From assembly GCA_013239625.1 (NCBI GenBank), contig MU054132.1, forward strand, positions 248,001 to 312,000: DNA of 64,000 nucleotides, in the 5' to 3' direction. Source of the DNA: Lama guanicoe (Eukaryota). A program made the position numbers and the translations under genes. The notes beneath the pieces were generated by a model. That model saw nothing but the letters and a program-made list of their open reading frames with translations. It was not told the origin of the DNA and ran no database searches. Shown piece after piece: positions 1 through 16,578 of the stretch (position 1 is the first letter of the stretch; every line of letters starts with the position of its first letter).

Positions 1-626
1 GCTCTGTTCCAAGCCTGGAGCTGGAGGGAAAAAAATAAAAGGATGATACAGATTTCAACCTTGAGCAGAAAAGTCACCCAGTGGAAACAAGATAGAAGAA
101 AGGGCTCAGGACCACGAGAGTCAGGGGAGCCCAGAATAAAGCACATTACACAGCCCAGGGTAGTCCACAGGAGATGCCCTGGGGAGGACTGACTGCTTCT
201 GTTGGGTCTTAGCCAATGAAGAGGAAGAGAGAAGGAAATGAGAAGCCATACTGACATTCCCAGCAAGAGAACATCACAGGAAAGAACAAGGTGGCTTGTA
301 CTGAAAGAAAGCTGCACCTGAGAGTGCAATGTAGCTAGACACAGGCCTCCAAGTCTGCCCAACTGAGCATTTCTGTAAAACCACAGTAGTGTTTACTAGG
401 ATTAACGATAACCTACTGGCATTTGAAAAGCACAGTGTCCTGCCCCAGCCTCCCTCAGGCAGGGTGATCCCAGACAGTCTGCTGAGGTCCACTGGTATCT
501 GGCAGCTTGAACACTGGCCAAGGAAGGAGGGGTGAGCAGGGGACAGAGGCTGGGAGACCAGCAGCCAGTCCAGGTGACTATGGAACATTAGGTCTGCTGA
601 TTAGGAAAAAGAAGCTGTACGTACGT

Positions 627-653
627 ACACACACACACACACACACACACACA
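627..653. repeat. (AC)n microsatellite
   Basis: About 13 perfect AC units. Confidence 0.95.
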
Positions 654-1102
654 GAGCCAGGCCCTCCCTACACCCTCCCCTTGTGGAAACTCAGCTCTTT
701 GGGCTCAAGGGGTCTTGACAACAGGCCCACAGGGTCTCCACCAGGCATGCCTGTCACAGGGCAGCACAGAGAGGTACAGGGATGGTGAGGGGGCCACGTC
801 CCAGGCTCTGCCCTCTTGCTCCCGGGCTCCTGATTACAAAGGCTGCCAAACTCAACTCCATCAGCCCCGCTACAGAGATGCTGATGCCTAAACAGAGAAC
901 AGGCCGCAGGACCCACCCCCTAACACACACATCAGACTTCCGTCCTGGGACACAGACTCCCCATCTCTGAACTTCCAGAGCTTCATGGACGCCAGGAAAG
1001 CTCCCTCAGCTAAAGGAGAAACTAGTTTTCTACAGTATGTTATATGCAACCCCACAAACTTCAGGAGACCTGAGCTTCAGAACACACGAGAAACTCCAAG
1101 CA

Positions 1103-1108
1103 TTTATT
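1103..1108 (-). terminator. Likely PRSS44 polyadenylation signal
   Basis: AATAAA on the minus strand about 630 nt past the stop; also present at the paralogous position 15953-15958. Confidence 0.65.
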
Positions 1109-1736
1109 CAGTTGACATCTGACATCTCCACACTCCTTAATGCCTCAACACAACCAGCCTGGGTGTGGCCACTGGAGCCCTGGGGTTGGAGGGGGGTGGT
1201 TCCAAGACTGAGTTGCCCCTGGAAGGCTTGTGTGGCAGAAACTGGCCACTCACAGATGGATCCACGCTGGGGAACACAGGACCTTCTTTCACTTCCAGAG
1301 AACTGAGTCAGATGTGGACGTGGTGATGCCTCCTCAGTCCGATCAAAAAATCACCGAGATGACTGGTTTGAGAAAGTATCAGGTCTAACACTCTTTCACC
1401 GTTGATGCTGTCTCTTCTTTGCTAGATGTTCCCCTAGATGTTGAGGAGCCATCATGCTCCACCTGGCAGGTCGCCTGGCCATCTAATTGGGATGGTGTCA
1501 CTGCCTCCTTCCTGGCAGGCAGAGCACAGCCAAGCTGCAGGCGTGGACGAGGCAGGTCTGGGAGCTCCAGGCCGGGACAATGTCGGGGCTCCAGACTTGC
1601 TGCCAGTCTCTGTCGTGTGTATCTCCACAGGGTCAGTGGATCCCAAACAGAATCAAGGAAGGGCATTGAGTAGTGTGGAGGTCAGAGGCAGGGCTAGTGT
1701 GAGACTCAGAACTAGGAGGGCCCTGGGCCAGGGTGA

Positions 1737-5186
<3,450 letters not shown>

Positions 5187-5639
5187 GGGCACCGCCGGCC
5201 GCCTCCGCGCTCTGCGGCGCCCCCTCGCGGCGGCGCGGCGCCTGCCCTCGGGTTGGCGGGAACGCGGGGCTCGGGGTGGAAGCTGGGTCCGCTGCGCCGG
5301 TGGGGTCATCTGAGGGTCAGGGCCCGGGCTGGGCGGGACGGCGGAGTCGTGATTCGACGACTCTTCTCTCTTCCCGGCTCTGCGTGGACTCATTAATAGC
5401 GTGCCTCCCACGGGCTCGGCGTCCCCTGGCCTAGGTCCCTGGCCACAGAGAGTGGCGCCGAGGCCACCGCCGCACAGAGGTGCATCGACAACTCCCTGCC
5501 GGGCTGGTTTAGGCCTTCCCCGGCGTTTCCCTCCCCTATTTGTTTGCAATAAAAATTAAAATTCCTGAGTAGAAATGCTGCACTGAATATCACTAACCAC
5601 TGAGTTAGAGATGATACTGATTGATGCCTTTTTAAAAAT

Positions 5640-6000
5640 CGAGATCCACATGAAAAGATACATTAGTGAAATGCAAATTAAAACCACGGTGAGATTATCA
5701 CTACATACGTAACAGACTGGCTAAAATTAAAAAGTAGTGACAACGCCAAATACTGACACGGACGCAGAGATATCAGATCACTCACACACTGTGGTAGGAA
5801 TGTAAAATATTATAGCCGCTATATAAAACAATTTGGCAGTTTCTTATAAAACAAAATATGCAATTACCATATGACTCAGTAATTGTACTCCCGGGCATTT
5901 ATCCCAGAGAAATATTTATGTACACACACACACACACAAATACCTTTACAAGTGTTCACAGTGTCTAAATTCGTGATAGCTAACATGTGGAAGCAACCCT
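5640..6000 (+). mobile_element. Old L1 fragment (end of ORF2)
   Basis: gaaatgcaaattaaaaccac...ttggcagtttcttataaa...tggaagcaacc, typical L1M sequence. Confidence 0.75.
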
Positions 6001-8050
6001 GTAGTAGACAGAATAATGCCTTCCCAAAAATGTTCACGTTCTAATCCCCGGAACCTGTGAATATATTACCTTACATTAGGGGGAAAAAATGATAAAATAA
6101 AAAATCTTGAGAAAAGGAGATTAACCTAGATTACATACATAAAAGTGGCCACAATGCTTTGCAGTTTCTCCTGTCAAGAGATAAAGTCAGACTGTGATAG
6201 AAACAGGCATGTCACTTGGTCTGCATGACCTGGCAAATGCTATGGTGCTAAGAGTTTGCTGTGGTGAGTTAAAATGCTGTAAGGAGTCTCTGTTATGTCC
6301 TAATCAGAGTCACAGTATAGATCCCTACAGTTCTGGAGCCAGACCATATACTGTCTTCTGCAAAGAAACTGTATATTATTTGACAAGTAACTCCTGGCAC
6401 ACTACTGAATCCTAAAAAGAAACTAAGTGCCAAACCTTGGGACATTAAGTGACTAAGAGACCAGCGCTTCCTATCATAAGGCGGATATTTAGCCAGACTC
6501 ACCAAGTCATAAACTCAGTTGGTAAAAGAAATTCATCCCTCAATGGAAGCAGTACAATTGGGACTGGATCATGGCAGGTCTTAAAGACACAATGAAGTTG
6601 CACAAAGAAAAAGTCTAGGCCCCCACGCCACTTATTTATATTGAATTGAAGCTTCTCCATCAGTTCACACCCATAACCTAATAGAGAGTATCCTATGACC
6701 AGCTGATAAAAGAAGAAAAAAAAAAAACCTGGGCCTGGTTCACAGACGAGCTCAACATCTTGGTTCCAGCTGAAAATAGACTACTGTTGCACTAGAACCC
6801 CATTCAGGGGTGGCCCTGGAAAGACAATGATGAGGGCTTCAAAGACAGGGTGTGTAATGCTTCAAGCAGGGCACCTGGTGCATCACCTTGGTGTAAAAAG
6901 AGAGATGGCCTGAGTAAGAATATATATGGACCTGTGAACAGTAGTAAACAGCTTTGATCATGGACTTAGAAAGGAAATGCAAAAGACCTGAAGAAGCAGC
7001 AGCACATAAATGGACCTATGGGAGTGGAAACAAAGGGTACAGCTTTTTCCATCACATGCCAATGTCCACCAATGAGCATCCGCTGCAGAGAAGGCACTCA
7101 ACAACCAGGCGGATAAGACAACTCTTCCTGTAGAGGTCAGCCAACTTCTGTCCTTGTCAACATCATGCTTTGCACATTATGCCCAGGAACACAGTAGCCG
7201 TGTTGGCAGCATTGGAGGCTGTTCATTCATCTAATAAAACAACACGGGCTCCCTCTTGCCAAAGCTCATGTAGCTACTACTGCTGCTGCTTGTCCGATAG
7301 GTCAGCATCAGAGATCAATGCCAAGGCTCTGATATGTCACATTCCCAAAGGAGAACCACAGCTACTCGGTGGCAAGATGATTATATCTATCTCCTTCCAC
7401 CCTGGAGGGTCAGCAATTCATCCCTCCTGGGATTCATACATATTCTATATGTATTATATTATATATATTATATATATGGCTAGCATTGCCTGCCTATAAT
7501 GCCTTTGGTGACACCACTATCAGTGAACCATTGGAATAGCTGACTTATAATGGAATCCTGAATAACATCACCTTAGACATAGGGACCTGCTTTTTAGTAA
7601 AGAAAGTGTGAAGTAGGTACCTTATTAAAGGATCCACTAGAATTATCATAAATTTAATCACATAGAAGCTGGAAGCTTGATCAAATATTGGAATGGCTTC
7701 TGTATTCGTTTTCTCTGCTCTGTAACAAATAATCACAAACTCAGTGGCTTAAAATAACACACGTGTATTACCTCACAGTTCCTGTGGGCCAGGAGTCTAG
7801 GCCCAGCTTAGCTGGGTCTTCTGTAAGGCTACAATCAAGGTGTCAGCCAGGACTATCCGCTGGGAGACTCGATGGGGGAAGAGTTTGCCTCCAAGCTCCA
7901 TTAGCTGTTACCTGAATTTGTTTCCTATGGCTGTAGGACTCATGGCAGCTTGCTTCTTCAAAGTTAGCAAGGAGAGGAAGACACAGAGAGTGAGTCTGCT
8001 AGCAAGACAGAGTCTTACATGCTGCAACATAATCTCAGGGGTGGCATCCC
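6000..8050. mobile_element. ERVL/MaLR LTR and internal-sequence remnants
   Basis: MLT1-like start tgtagtagacagaataatg at 6000; ERVL-like internal motifs (cctatgaccagctg, gggcctggttcacag); MLT1-type LTR about 7700-8050 (tgtaacaaat..cacaaactcagtggcttaaaa). Confidence 0.6.
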
Positions 8051-8079
8051 ACTCTCCGAATCAATCAACCCAAATTCAC

Positions 8080-8880
8080 CTTTAAAATGTCCTCGATGGA
8101 GAAATAAGAATTGTTAATTTTATTAAATATTGACCTTTTAGTCCACGTTTATTTAAGAGTTTGTGTAATGAAATGACAATTAGGTATGAAGCACTTCTGC
8201 TGTATACAGGAGTAGGACGTTAACTCAAGCAAACGGTACAACTGTTTGACTTGCTAGCTGAATTAGCTGCTTTTATCACGGGATTCCATTTTTACTTAAA
8301 AAGAATGACTAATAATCAAGTCATGGTTATTTAGACTTGCATATTTGGCAGACACGTTCTCAAAACTAGTCTGCAAATTTTAAGAAAAACAATTGACAGT
8401 ATTTGTTGCCAATGATAAATTTTGAGCTTATAGGTGAAAATTTGAATTTTGGAAAACTTATATTTGCTATCATGAGCTCAACAGCTTTCCAATACTTAAA
8501 TACTTTTCTGACAACAGTAGTGGTAGCATGAGAGAATGTGATTTTTTGATACTGTGCAATGAAACATGTCAACATTTGGAAACTCTGCCTGACTAAATGA
8601 ACCAATATTTTTTCAGTGATTTACAAAATTATGCATGGCAAAAAGATCTATTTGAAGTGAAAGACAGACCAATGGGTTTTAACGCAATAAGTATAAAAAG
8701 TTCAAAAAGTTTTACACTCCACATTGCAAGAAACTACTACTTGTCAAGTTTTGGTGTATTAGAAAATGATTTTTTTAAATCCACAATTGCTCAAAAAGGT
8801 TATTAAACTACTCCTCCCTTTTCCAGCTGTCTGTGTGAACCTGGGATTTTTTTCAAATACTTCAACCAGAACAATAAATT
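8080..8880 (+). mobile_element. Degenerate hAT-Charlie (Charlie1-like) transposase fragment
   Basis: Decayed LLLHTEVRWLS-type region (cttctgctgtatacaggagtagg) and tatttggcagac...gttgccaatgataaa; many stops. Confidence 0.65.
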
Positions 8881-9211
8881 TCAGAATAGAAGGATAACCC
8901 TTCTATTAACTCTTCTATTCAGTGTGCCTTTACTCTAGGGACATCTTAGCCTTCATATTGAGGTGTGAGCCTTCCGGAGTCTCTACTGATTAAACGGAGT
9001 TTTCAGTGAGGTCCCACCTCTCTGGATGGATGAAACTGGAATGTCTCCCAGCACTGTGTGGTCTCTGCGACTTGTTCACCTTATAGTTCCCTGCAGATGT
9101 GCTTTGCCTGGCCTCCTGGAAATTTAACCTACACATGTGCAGCTCACTATTCAGCCAAAGACTAAAATGGATTGCTCTGCAGAGTTCTGGAGTTCTTTCT
9201 CTGCATATCAG

Positions 9212-9388
9212 CAGGGATCACTAAACTTTATCTGAAAGTGACAGATAGTAAATATTTCAGGCTTTGCTCTGCCACATAGTCTTTAAAAAACACCTCTTTA
9301 AAAAGGTGTAAATCATTCTTATCTTAGATCAGTACAAAAAGAGGCTACGTCTGGAACTGGTCCGCAAACCATAGTTCACCAACCCCTG
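9212..9388. mobile_element. MER58-like hAT MITE
   Basis: caggg..aaact...cagatagtaaatatttcaggctttg...catagtt..caacccctg. Confidence 0.7.
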
Positions 9389-10096
9389 CTTGCTCTACAG
9401 TATTCTGACCTGCGAATTCCAGATACCTGGCTTTCCTGAACTCCAATCTCCTTAGCTTTGTGATATCATCATGCTCTGTTTGGGTTTCTCTCCCTGGGCC
9501 ACCTGCAAATTGCCTCTGCTGAGGAAGCCCGGATAATGACAGGGTTTCTCTCACTCGTTTCCATCTCTCTCAGATCACTACCCTGTGCTGATTATTGTCC
9601 TGATGTCTGAGAAATTACTTCTATTCTGTCTACTTTTCTGGTTGTGTTTAACGGGAAAACAAGTCCCCATGATATAAATTCCAGATTTTTTTTTTAAATA
9701 GCAGAAAGCTTAAATTGATCTCTAGGTCTCTAGGTGTCCTAAAATTTCTACTTCATCACTCTTTTTGTTTAAAAAAAAAAGCCTAATTTAAAGTCTGGAG
9801 TTAGCCCTGGTTTTGACAAATTCTTAATAAAAACTGGTAATAGGATTGAAATCTGAATCTCTTTGGTGACTCCCTTCTCTTGCCATCTCCCCTGCTGAGA
9901 GACACCTGACTTTCTTAGAGAGGCAGTCACTTAGAAATGCAGGGAAGGAAAAAGGTTGGGGAGTCTTGTTCCTTTGCTCCTTTCTCATTATTATTCTGAT
10001 TACTTAAGACACAAGTGCTTGGTAGTTTTGAGTTAAAAATTCTCTCTCTGCTTTGCAACTGGTAAATGTGCCTGAAAGGTTAAGGCAGCTTTAAAA

Positions 10097-10246
10097 AAAC
10101 AAATCTGTTTATTCTTTTTTTTTTAAGAGGGAAAGGCAATTAAGTTTATTTACTTATTTTTAATAGAGGTACTGGGGATTGAACCCAGGACCTCATGTGT
10201 GCTTGGCACACACTCTCCCACTGAGCTGTACTCCTTGCACACCCCC
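10097..10246 (-). mobile_element. tRNA-derived SINE, camelid Vic-1-like
   Basis: ggtactggggattgaacccaggacctc...cactctcccactgagctgta (antisense B and A boxes), T-rich tail, flanking repeat gcagcttt at 10085 and 10250. Confidence 0.75.
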
Positions 10247-11039
10247 AAAGCAGCTTTTAAAGCACATACTGTTGGCCCATGAGAGGTGTCTTAAAGGCTA
10301 TTGAATAAAGACATAGCACTTGCATCAATGAAGTCACGAAGGACTGCTGCGTGGAGAGGGAGTGTTCCCCGCCAGCATTAAAAAAGTCCCCAATTGTTCT
10401 CCTAACTGGGAAGATTGCTTACCAGTCTAAATTGAGAGGGTGTACCTCATTGTGCCTTTAAAGTGATCAAGAATTCTGATCTGACAGGAGAAACTAAATA
10501 CGTACTGAGGATGTTAGAGGCAGGAAGTGTAAGAGTGTAGCACAGAGAAATGCTAACTCTTAACAATTCCAGTTTTTCAAAAAAAAGCAGAACAACTGGT
10601 TTTCTACAAATAGTCATGGTATATTTTCACTTTTGATTATGAGTAATTCTGTTTCAATGGATGTCTTGAATTACCTGTGTCTTTTGAAAGAGTTATGACC
10701 TTAGATGTCAATGATTCATGTGTAAATACAATCATTTTTATTTTTTAGTTTATAATGCCAATTTCAAAAATGATGGTACCATGATCGTATGATGGTACAA
10801 AAATACACTTACAGCATCAGTGTATGAGTCTTTCTATTAATCCCCAATGTTCTCAACTTATTGCCACAATTCTGTTTTTTCCCACATGGTGGGCATAAAA
10901 TTAGATCTTGTTACAGTTTTAATTTTCATTTCCTTGAAGTTGAGTGTATTTTCATATCTTTACTTACCATTTGTGCCTTCTTTCCGTAAAATGTTTGTTT
11001 ATAACATCTACCCAATTTTATATTTGAGCATCTTTTAAA

Positions 11040-11350
11040 GAAACTTATTTACAAAACAGAAATAGACTCACAGACATAGAAAACAAACTTATGGTTACCA
11101 AACGGGAAAGTAGCGGGGAGGGATAAATTAGGAGTTTGAGATTAACATATACACGCTACTATATATAAAATAACTAAAAAAGACCTACTGTGTGGCACAG
11201 GGAACTATATTCAATATCTTGTAATAACCTATAATGGAAAAGAATCTGAAAAAGAATACATATATGTAACAATCATTTTGCTGTACACTTGAAGCTAACA
11301 CAACATTGTAAATTAACTATACTTCAGTTTAAAAATGGTTAAAAAAAAAA
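11040..11350 (+). mobile_element. 5'-truncated L1 3' end (cetartiodactyl type) with A tail
   Basis: aaacttatttacaaaacagaaatagactcacagacatagaaaacaaacttatggttacc...aacattgtaaattaactatacttc plus poly(A). Confidence 0.85.
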
Positions 11351-11473
11351 CCTTTTTCCCCTTTCCTACCCTGCTTCCCTCACACCCATACAGGTTTCTC
11401 CTGAAAATAACGCTCTTAATAAGTTACTTGAACATGAATCCCTGTCTCAGTATTTGCTTATATGAGAATGATC

Positions 11474-11885
11474 CAGTGGTTGCTAGAGCAGGCTTGTACC
11501 AGCTCATAGGAGCCAGTCGTTAATTTTCAGGAATTTCATGAGTTGGCTGTTAAAAATTATGATGATTATTAAAAATTAAATAACAAAACTGACAATGAAA
11601 GAGATTACAAAGGTAAGAAATACTCACAATTCATCACTTCCTAACTATTTTACTGTATTTTATTATTACCTGTGCTCTTGAAGTTAAGTCTACTGTAGCT
11701 GTATGGTAGAAATGCCATACAATGGTGCACATCTCTTCCCAACTCTGCATTCAGTAATGTCATGTTGGTAGCTTAAATCAGCCACGGTAGAAGTATTTAT
11801 ATCACGGAAACCAGCAAATGTTACAAATCAGGACTTTTTTTTCCCCTACAGAGCTACTTGGTAAATATCTGTAGACAGACCATTA
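11474..11885. mobile_element. hAT-Tip100 (Arthur1-like) element inserted in the 3' end of an LTR16-like LTR (about 11355-11900)
   Basis: Terminus cagtggttgctagagcaggcttgtaccagctc; 8-bp TSD gaatgatc / gaatgacc; host LTR end ctaagata follows. Confidence 0.65.
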
Positions 11886-11989
11886 GAATGACCTAAGATA
11901 TCAGGTCATTGCATAAGACATCTATTATTATGGAAGGAGAGAAGGATAGACATTGGGGCGAACTAGAATGTGTCACATTAATCTATTTT

Positions 11990-12980
11990 TTTAAGCTGAG
12001 GCAAAATTTGCATACAGTGAAATACACAGATCTTAAAAGCACAATTTAATATTTTAATAAATATATAGACTCTGTAACCACCACCTCAATCAAGACATAG
12101 AATGTTTGAAAACTCCAGAAAACGTCTTTGCGCCCTCTTCAAATCTAACATAGGCAACTGCTGATCACTTGTTTTGCCTGTTTGGTCTTCATATAAACAG
12201 AATCAGAAAATTGCACTCTTTCAGGTCTGGCTTCTTTCACTCAACATAAGGTTTCTGAATTTCATTCATGTTCTTGTGTATAACAGCAGTTTATTCTTTT
12301 TATTGCCAAGTAGTATTTCACTGATTATCACTTCTCTGTTGACAGACATCTGAGTTGTTTCCAGACTCAAGCTATTATGAATAGAGATGCTATGAACATT
12401 CACATACAAGTCTCTGAGCAAACATTGCTGCTGTTTTCTTCCAGTCTGTGGCTTTTATTTTCACTTTCTTAACAGTGTCTTTCAAAGAACAGAAGATTTT
12501 CATTTTGAAAGGATCCAATCACTTTATTTTCTTGTATGGTTCTTGCTTTTTGCGTTCTATGCAAAGAATCTTTGCCCATCAAGGGCCACAAAGATTTTTC
12601 TTTGAATTTTTTTATATTTAGCTCCAAAACCCATTTTGAGTTCATTTTTCTATATAATGCAAGGTAAGGATTGGGGTGCCTTTTTTTTTTTATAGGAATG
12701 TCTCATTGTTCCAGCATCATTTACTAAAGGGCATTCTTTTTCCAATTTAATTATCTTGGCACCTTTATTGAAATCAACTGGCCATATATGTATGGATCTA
12801 CTTCTGGACTCTATCTTGTTCCATTGATCTATATGCCTGCCCTTATGCCAATACCACACTGTCTTGATTGCTATACTTTTATACTAAGTCTTGGCATCCA
12901 GTAGTTCCTTGTTTTGGTTATTCTAGGTCCTTTGCTTTTCCATATACATTTTAGAATCAGCTAGTCAACTTCTACAACAT
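11990..12980 (-). mobile_element. L1 ORF2 C-terminal and 3' fragment
   Basis: ORF 12650-12859 reads WYWHKGRHIDQWNKIES, an L1 ORF2 motif. Confidence 0.85.
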
Positions 12981-12989
12981 AGCTCAAGC

Positions 12990-14720
12990 TTGAAAAATAT
13001 GAACAAATTTGGAAGTATAACACTACCAAATTTCAAGACTAACTATAAAGCCACAGGAACTAGAACACTGGGAAACTGGCATAAGAATATACACATAGAT
13101 AAGGAACTAAATACAGTCCAGAAATAGATGCACATATACACTGTCAATTTTTCATAAAGCACCAATGCAAATCAATGTGAAAATAAATGTATTTTCAACA
13201 AATGATACTAGGACTGGATAAACGTTAAAGATAGACAGAGTTATACCTTGATCCCTATCTCACACTGTGCCCCAAAATCTGTAAACCATAGACGTAAATG
13301 TAAAAGCTAAAATTTTAAAGCTTCGAGGAGGAAAAAATTATAAGAAAAATCTTTGCAACCTCCAGTTAAAAAGTGAAAAAAGCAAGTCACAGACTTAGCA
13401 CTCTAATCAGAATATATGAAGACTACTTACAAACCAGCAATAAAAAGACAAGCATCCTGACTAAAAATGAACAAAAGAACTGAAAAGATGATTCACAAAA
13501 GAAAATATACATACGACCAATAGCACATAAAAAGGTGCTCAATATCATTAGTTACAGGGAATTGCAAATTAAAACCTCAGTGAGATACTACTTCATAGCT
13601 ATTAGAATTGGGTAAATAAAAAGAACAAGTATTGCTGAGGATGTGGATCAACTGGAACTCTCATTTATTGCTAGTAGGAGTATCAAATGGTACAACTAAT
13701 TTGGAAAACTCTTTGGAAATTTCTAATAAAGTTAACCATGCATCTCTTCTACAAACCAAAAGTTCCACTCCTAGGTCTGTTCCGAAAAGAGACAACAGCA
13801 TATAAGCACCAAAAAAATCTTGTACTAGAATATTTATTGGCATTCCTTTTTTTAATTACTAATATTTTTAATAACTAATGTTTATTAGTTATTCATTATA
13901 TATATATATTTATATATTATATATATCCTTTATTTATATATATATATATATATAATATATATAATTGCCCCAAACTGGAAACAACCCAAACGTCCATCCA
14001 CAGAAGAATAATCAAACTGTGGAAAGTTCATGCAATGGGTAACTATTCAGCAATAAAAAGTAATGAACTGATGATACACATGACAACATGGATGAATCTC
14101 AAAAACAATATGTAGAATTGAATAGAGGAATCAAAAGGTACAAAATTCTGGTTATAAGATAAATAAGTACTAGGGATGTAATATACAACATGATAAATAT
14201 TATTAACACTTTTGTATATTAAAGCTGTTAAAAAGATAGCAAATTGCAAGAGTTCTCACAAGGAAAAGTATTTTTTATATTTCTTTAATTTTGTATCTAT
14301 GAGATGATAGATGTTTGCTAAACGTATTGCAATAATCATTTCATGATATATGTAAGTCAAATCATTTGTTATAAACCTTAGACAGTACTGTATGTCAATT
14401 ATATCTCAATAAAATCAGAAGAAGAAAAAAAGACAAAAACAGTATGAGGAAAGTAAGAAGCCAGACACAAAAAAATCTCCTACTGTATGAGTCCACTAAT
14501 GTGACATACAATAACCTGCAAATCTAATCTGATAGTGAACAGAACAAAGGTTACATCTGGGAGGGGATGATGGAAAGGAATAAAAGAGAACATCGTGGAT
14601 TGATGGAAATGTTCTCTATCATAATTTGGGTGATGTTAACATGGGTATACATTTGTTAAAATACAAAATTGTACACAGCAATGTGTGTGCTTCACTGTAT
14701 ATAAATTATTCCTCAATAAA
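12990..14720 (+). mobile_element. L1 ORF2/3' fragment with a nested second L1 3' end (14113-14433)
   Basis: L1 motifs throughout; nested insert flanked by caaaaacaatatg / caaaaacagtatg. Confidence 0.8.
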
Positions 14721-14909
14721 GAAAATAATATGAAAATGCATTGAGATAATACATTCATCAACATAAACTTAATCTTATCAATTTTTAAAATATGAATAAA
14801 GAAGGAAGCAATGGAATATAGCAAAGTAGGAATAAAGAAGAATTTAGTCTAAATAAAAACTTAAATTCCTAACAATCCAGAAATACAGCTCCAGATGCTA
14901 CCAACTGAA

Positions 14910-15290
14910 TTAGTTAGGATCAGGTTCTTCTTTGGATAACTGAGACTGAAGGTGATGATTAGCTTAAAAAGAAGTTTATTTCTCTTTTACATAAAGAGCT
15001 GTGATGGCAGCCCTATAAATTCTGGGGAGTCAAGTTCCTTCTGAATTTCTGTTCCATATGCATAACTTGTTCCTCATGTCCCAAGTTGGCTGCTCAAGCT
15101 CCAGTCACCGTGCATACATCCCAGTTAGGAAAGAAGAAACAAAGGGTCTCCTTTTAAGAATATTCTCCAAAATCCATACCCAACATTTCTGTTTATATTT
15201 TATTGGCCAGAACTTATTGCCATATTTAGGTATGTGGGAGGGTTGGAAATGCATTCTTTATTCTGATCCGCTATATGCCCAGAAGGAAGG
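14910..15290. mobile_element. Old MaLR (MLT1) LTR
   Basis: gcttaaa..gaagtttatttctct; ggctgctcaagctccag; attggccagaact; ttggaaatg. Confidence 0.55.
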
Positions 15291-16578
15291 GAATGAAAGG
15301 TGACAGAAGATCTTTACCCCAGCCTACTTCTTTATTTACCTAAATATTCACATGCACCTTCTTCCCATATGCAAAATGCACTAATCCCCTCCTAAAAGAA
15401 GGCAACTTCAAACTTGTATGAAAGAAATCAAGGAAGAGTGGAGTGCTCTGCATCATGACAACGAGCTAATCTGGGACCACATGGTGATGAGGGAAATGAG
15501 CCAGCAGTAAACCCCCCAACCTGTCCCCTCCCTGAGTTTCGGTGCCGTTCTCCATAGCCTGGCCAAGGCAATGTGGTGCTCAAGGCTCCACATACCTAGA
15601 GGGGTAGTGGCAGAAACACATAGAAAAAGGGGTTGAAGTTTGGACACAATGATCTGACTGCTCTCTCCCTTCTATTCTCTCTCAATTGCTCCTTCCCAGA
15701 TACACTGGCTAGCAAACTTATCCACAAAGCTCCCTTCAGAGAAGCTAATGGCTATGAGGAACACAGCAGCAGGACCCTACTGCTAGAGCCATCTGCCAAC
15801 CCACATCAGGGTAGGCAAGGGCCTCCCGTTCACTCCACGGTTTAAAAAGCACCACGAACACCTTCCTAAACTCAATGTGAGATAAGTTCTCTTCAGAGTC
15901 CCCACGCGCCGGACCAGTGGAGATGCAGAACAGACAAGCAACTCTCCAAACATTTATTCATTTGACGTCTGAAGTCTCCACACTCCTTAATGCCTCAACA
16001 CAACTTGGAGTGAGCCTGGGTGTGGCCACTGGAGCCCTGGGGAGGGGTTTCCAAGACTGAGTTGACCCCAGAGGGCTTGTGTGGCAGAGGCCAGCCACTC
16101 ACAGATGGATCCGCACTGGAGAATAGGGGACCATCTTCCAGCTCCAGAGAACTGAGTCAGATGTGGATGTGGTGATGCCTCCTCAATCCCTCTGAACAAT
16201 TCCCAAGATAACTGGTTTGAGAAAGTGTCAGCTGTCTCACCATTGATGCTGTCTCTTCTTTGCTAGATGTTCCCCTAGATGTTGAGGAGCCATCACACTC
16301 CACCTGGCAGGTCGCCTGGCCGCCTTGCTGGGACGGTTTCACTGCCTCCTCCCTGGCAGGCAGAGTACAGCCAAGCTGCAGGCGTGGACGAGGCAGGTTC
16401 TGGGAGCTCCAGGCTGGGACAATGTCGGGGCTCCAGACTTGCTGCCAGTCTCTGTCGTGTGTATCTCCACAGGGTCAGTGGATCCCAAACAGAATCAAGG
16501 AAGGGCATTGAGTAGTGTGGAGGTCAGAGGCAGGGCTAGTGTGAGACTCAGAAATAGGAGGGCCCTGGGTCAGGGTGA

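Noticed and set aside
10170..10235. tRNA-like sequence
   Set aside because: A and B boxes with a tail and flanking direct repeats mark a SINE, not a tRNA gene
12650..13200. Back-to-back L1 pieces suggesting a twin-priming inversion
   Set aside because: Both sides contain the same ORF2 region and look like differently diverged copies, so independent insertions fit better
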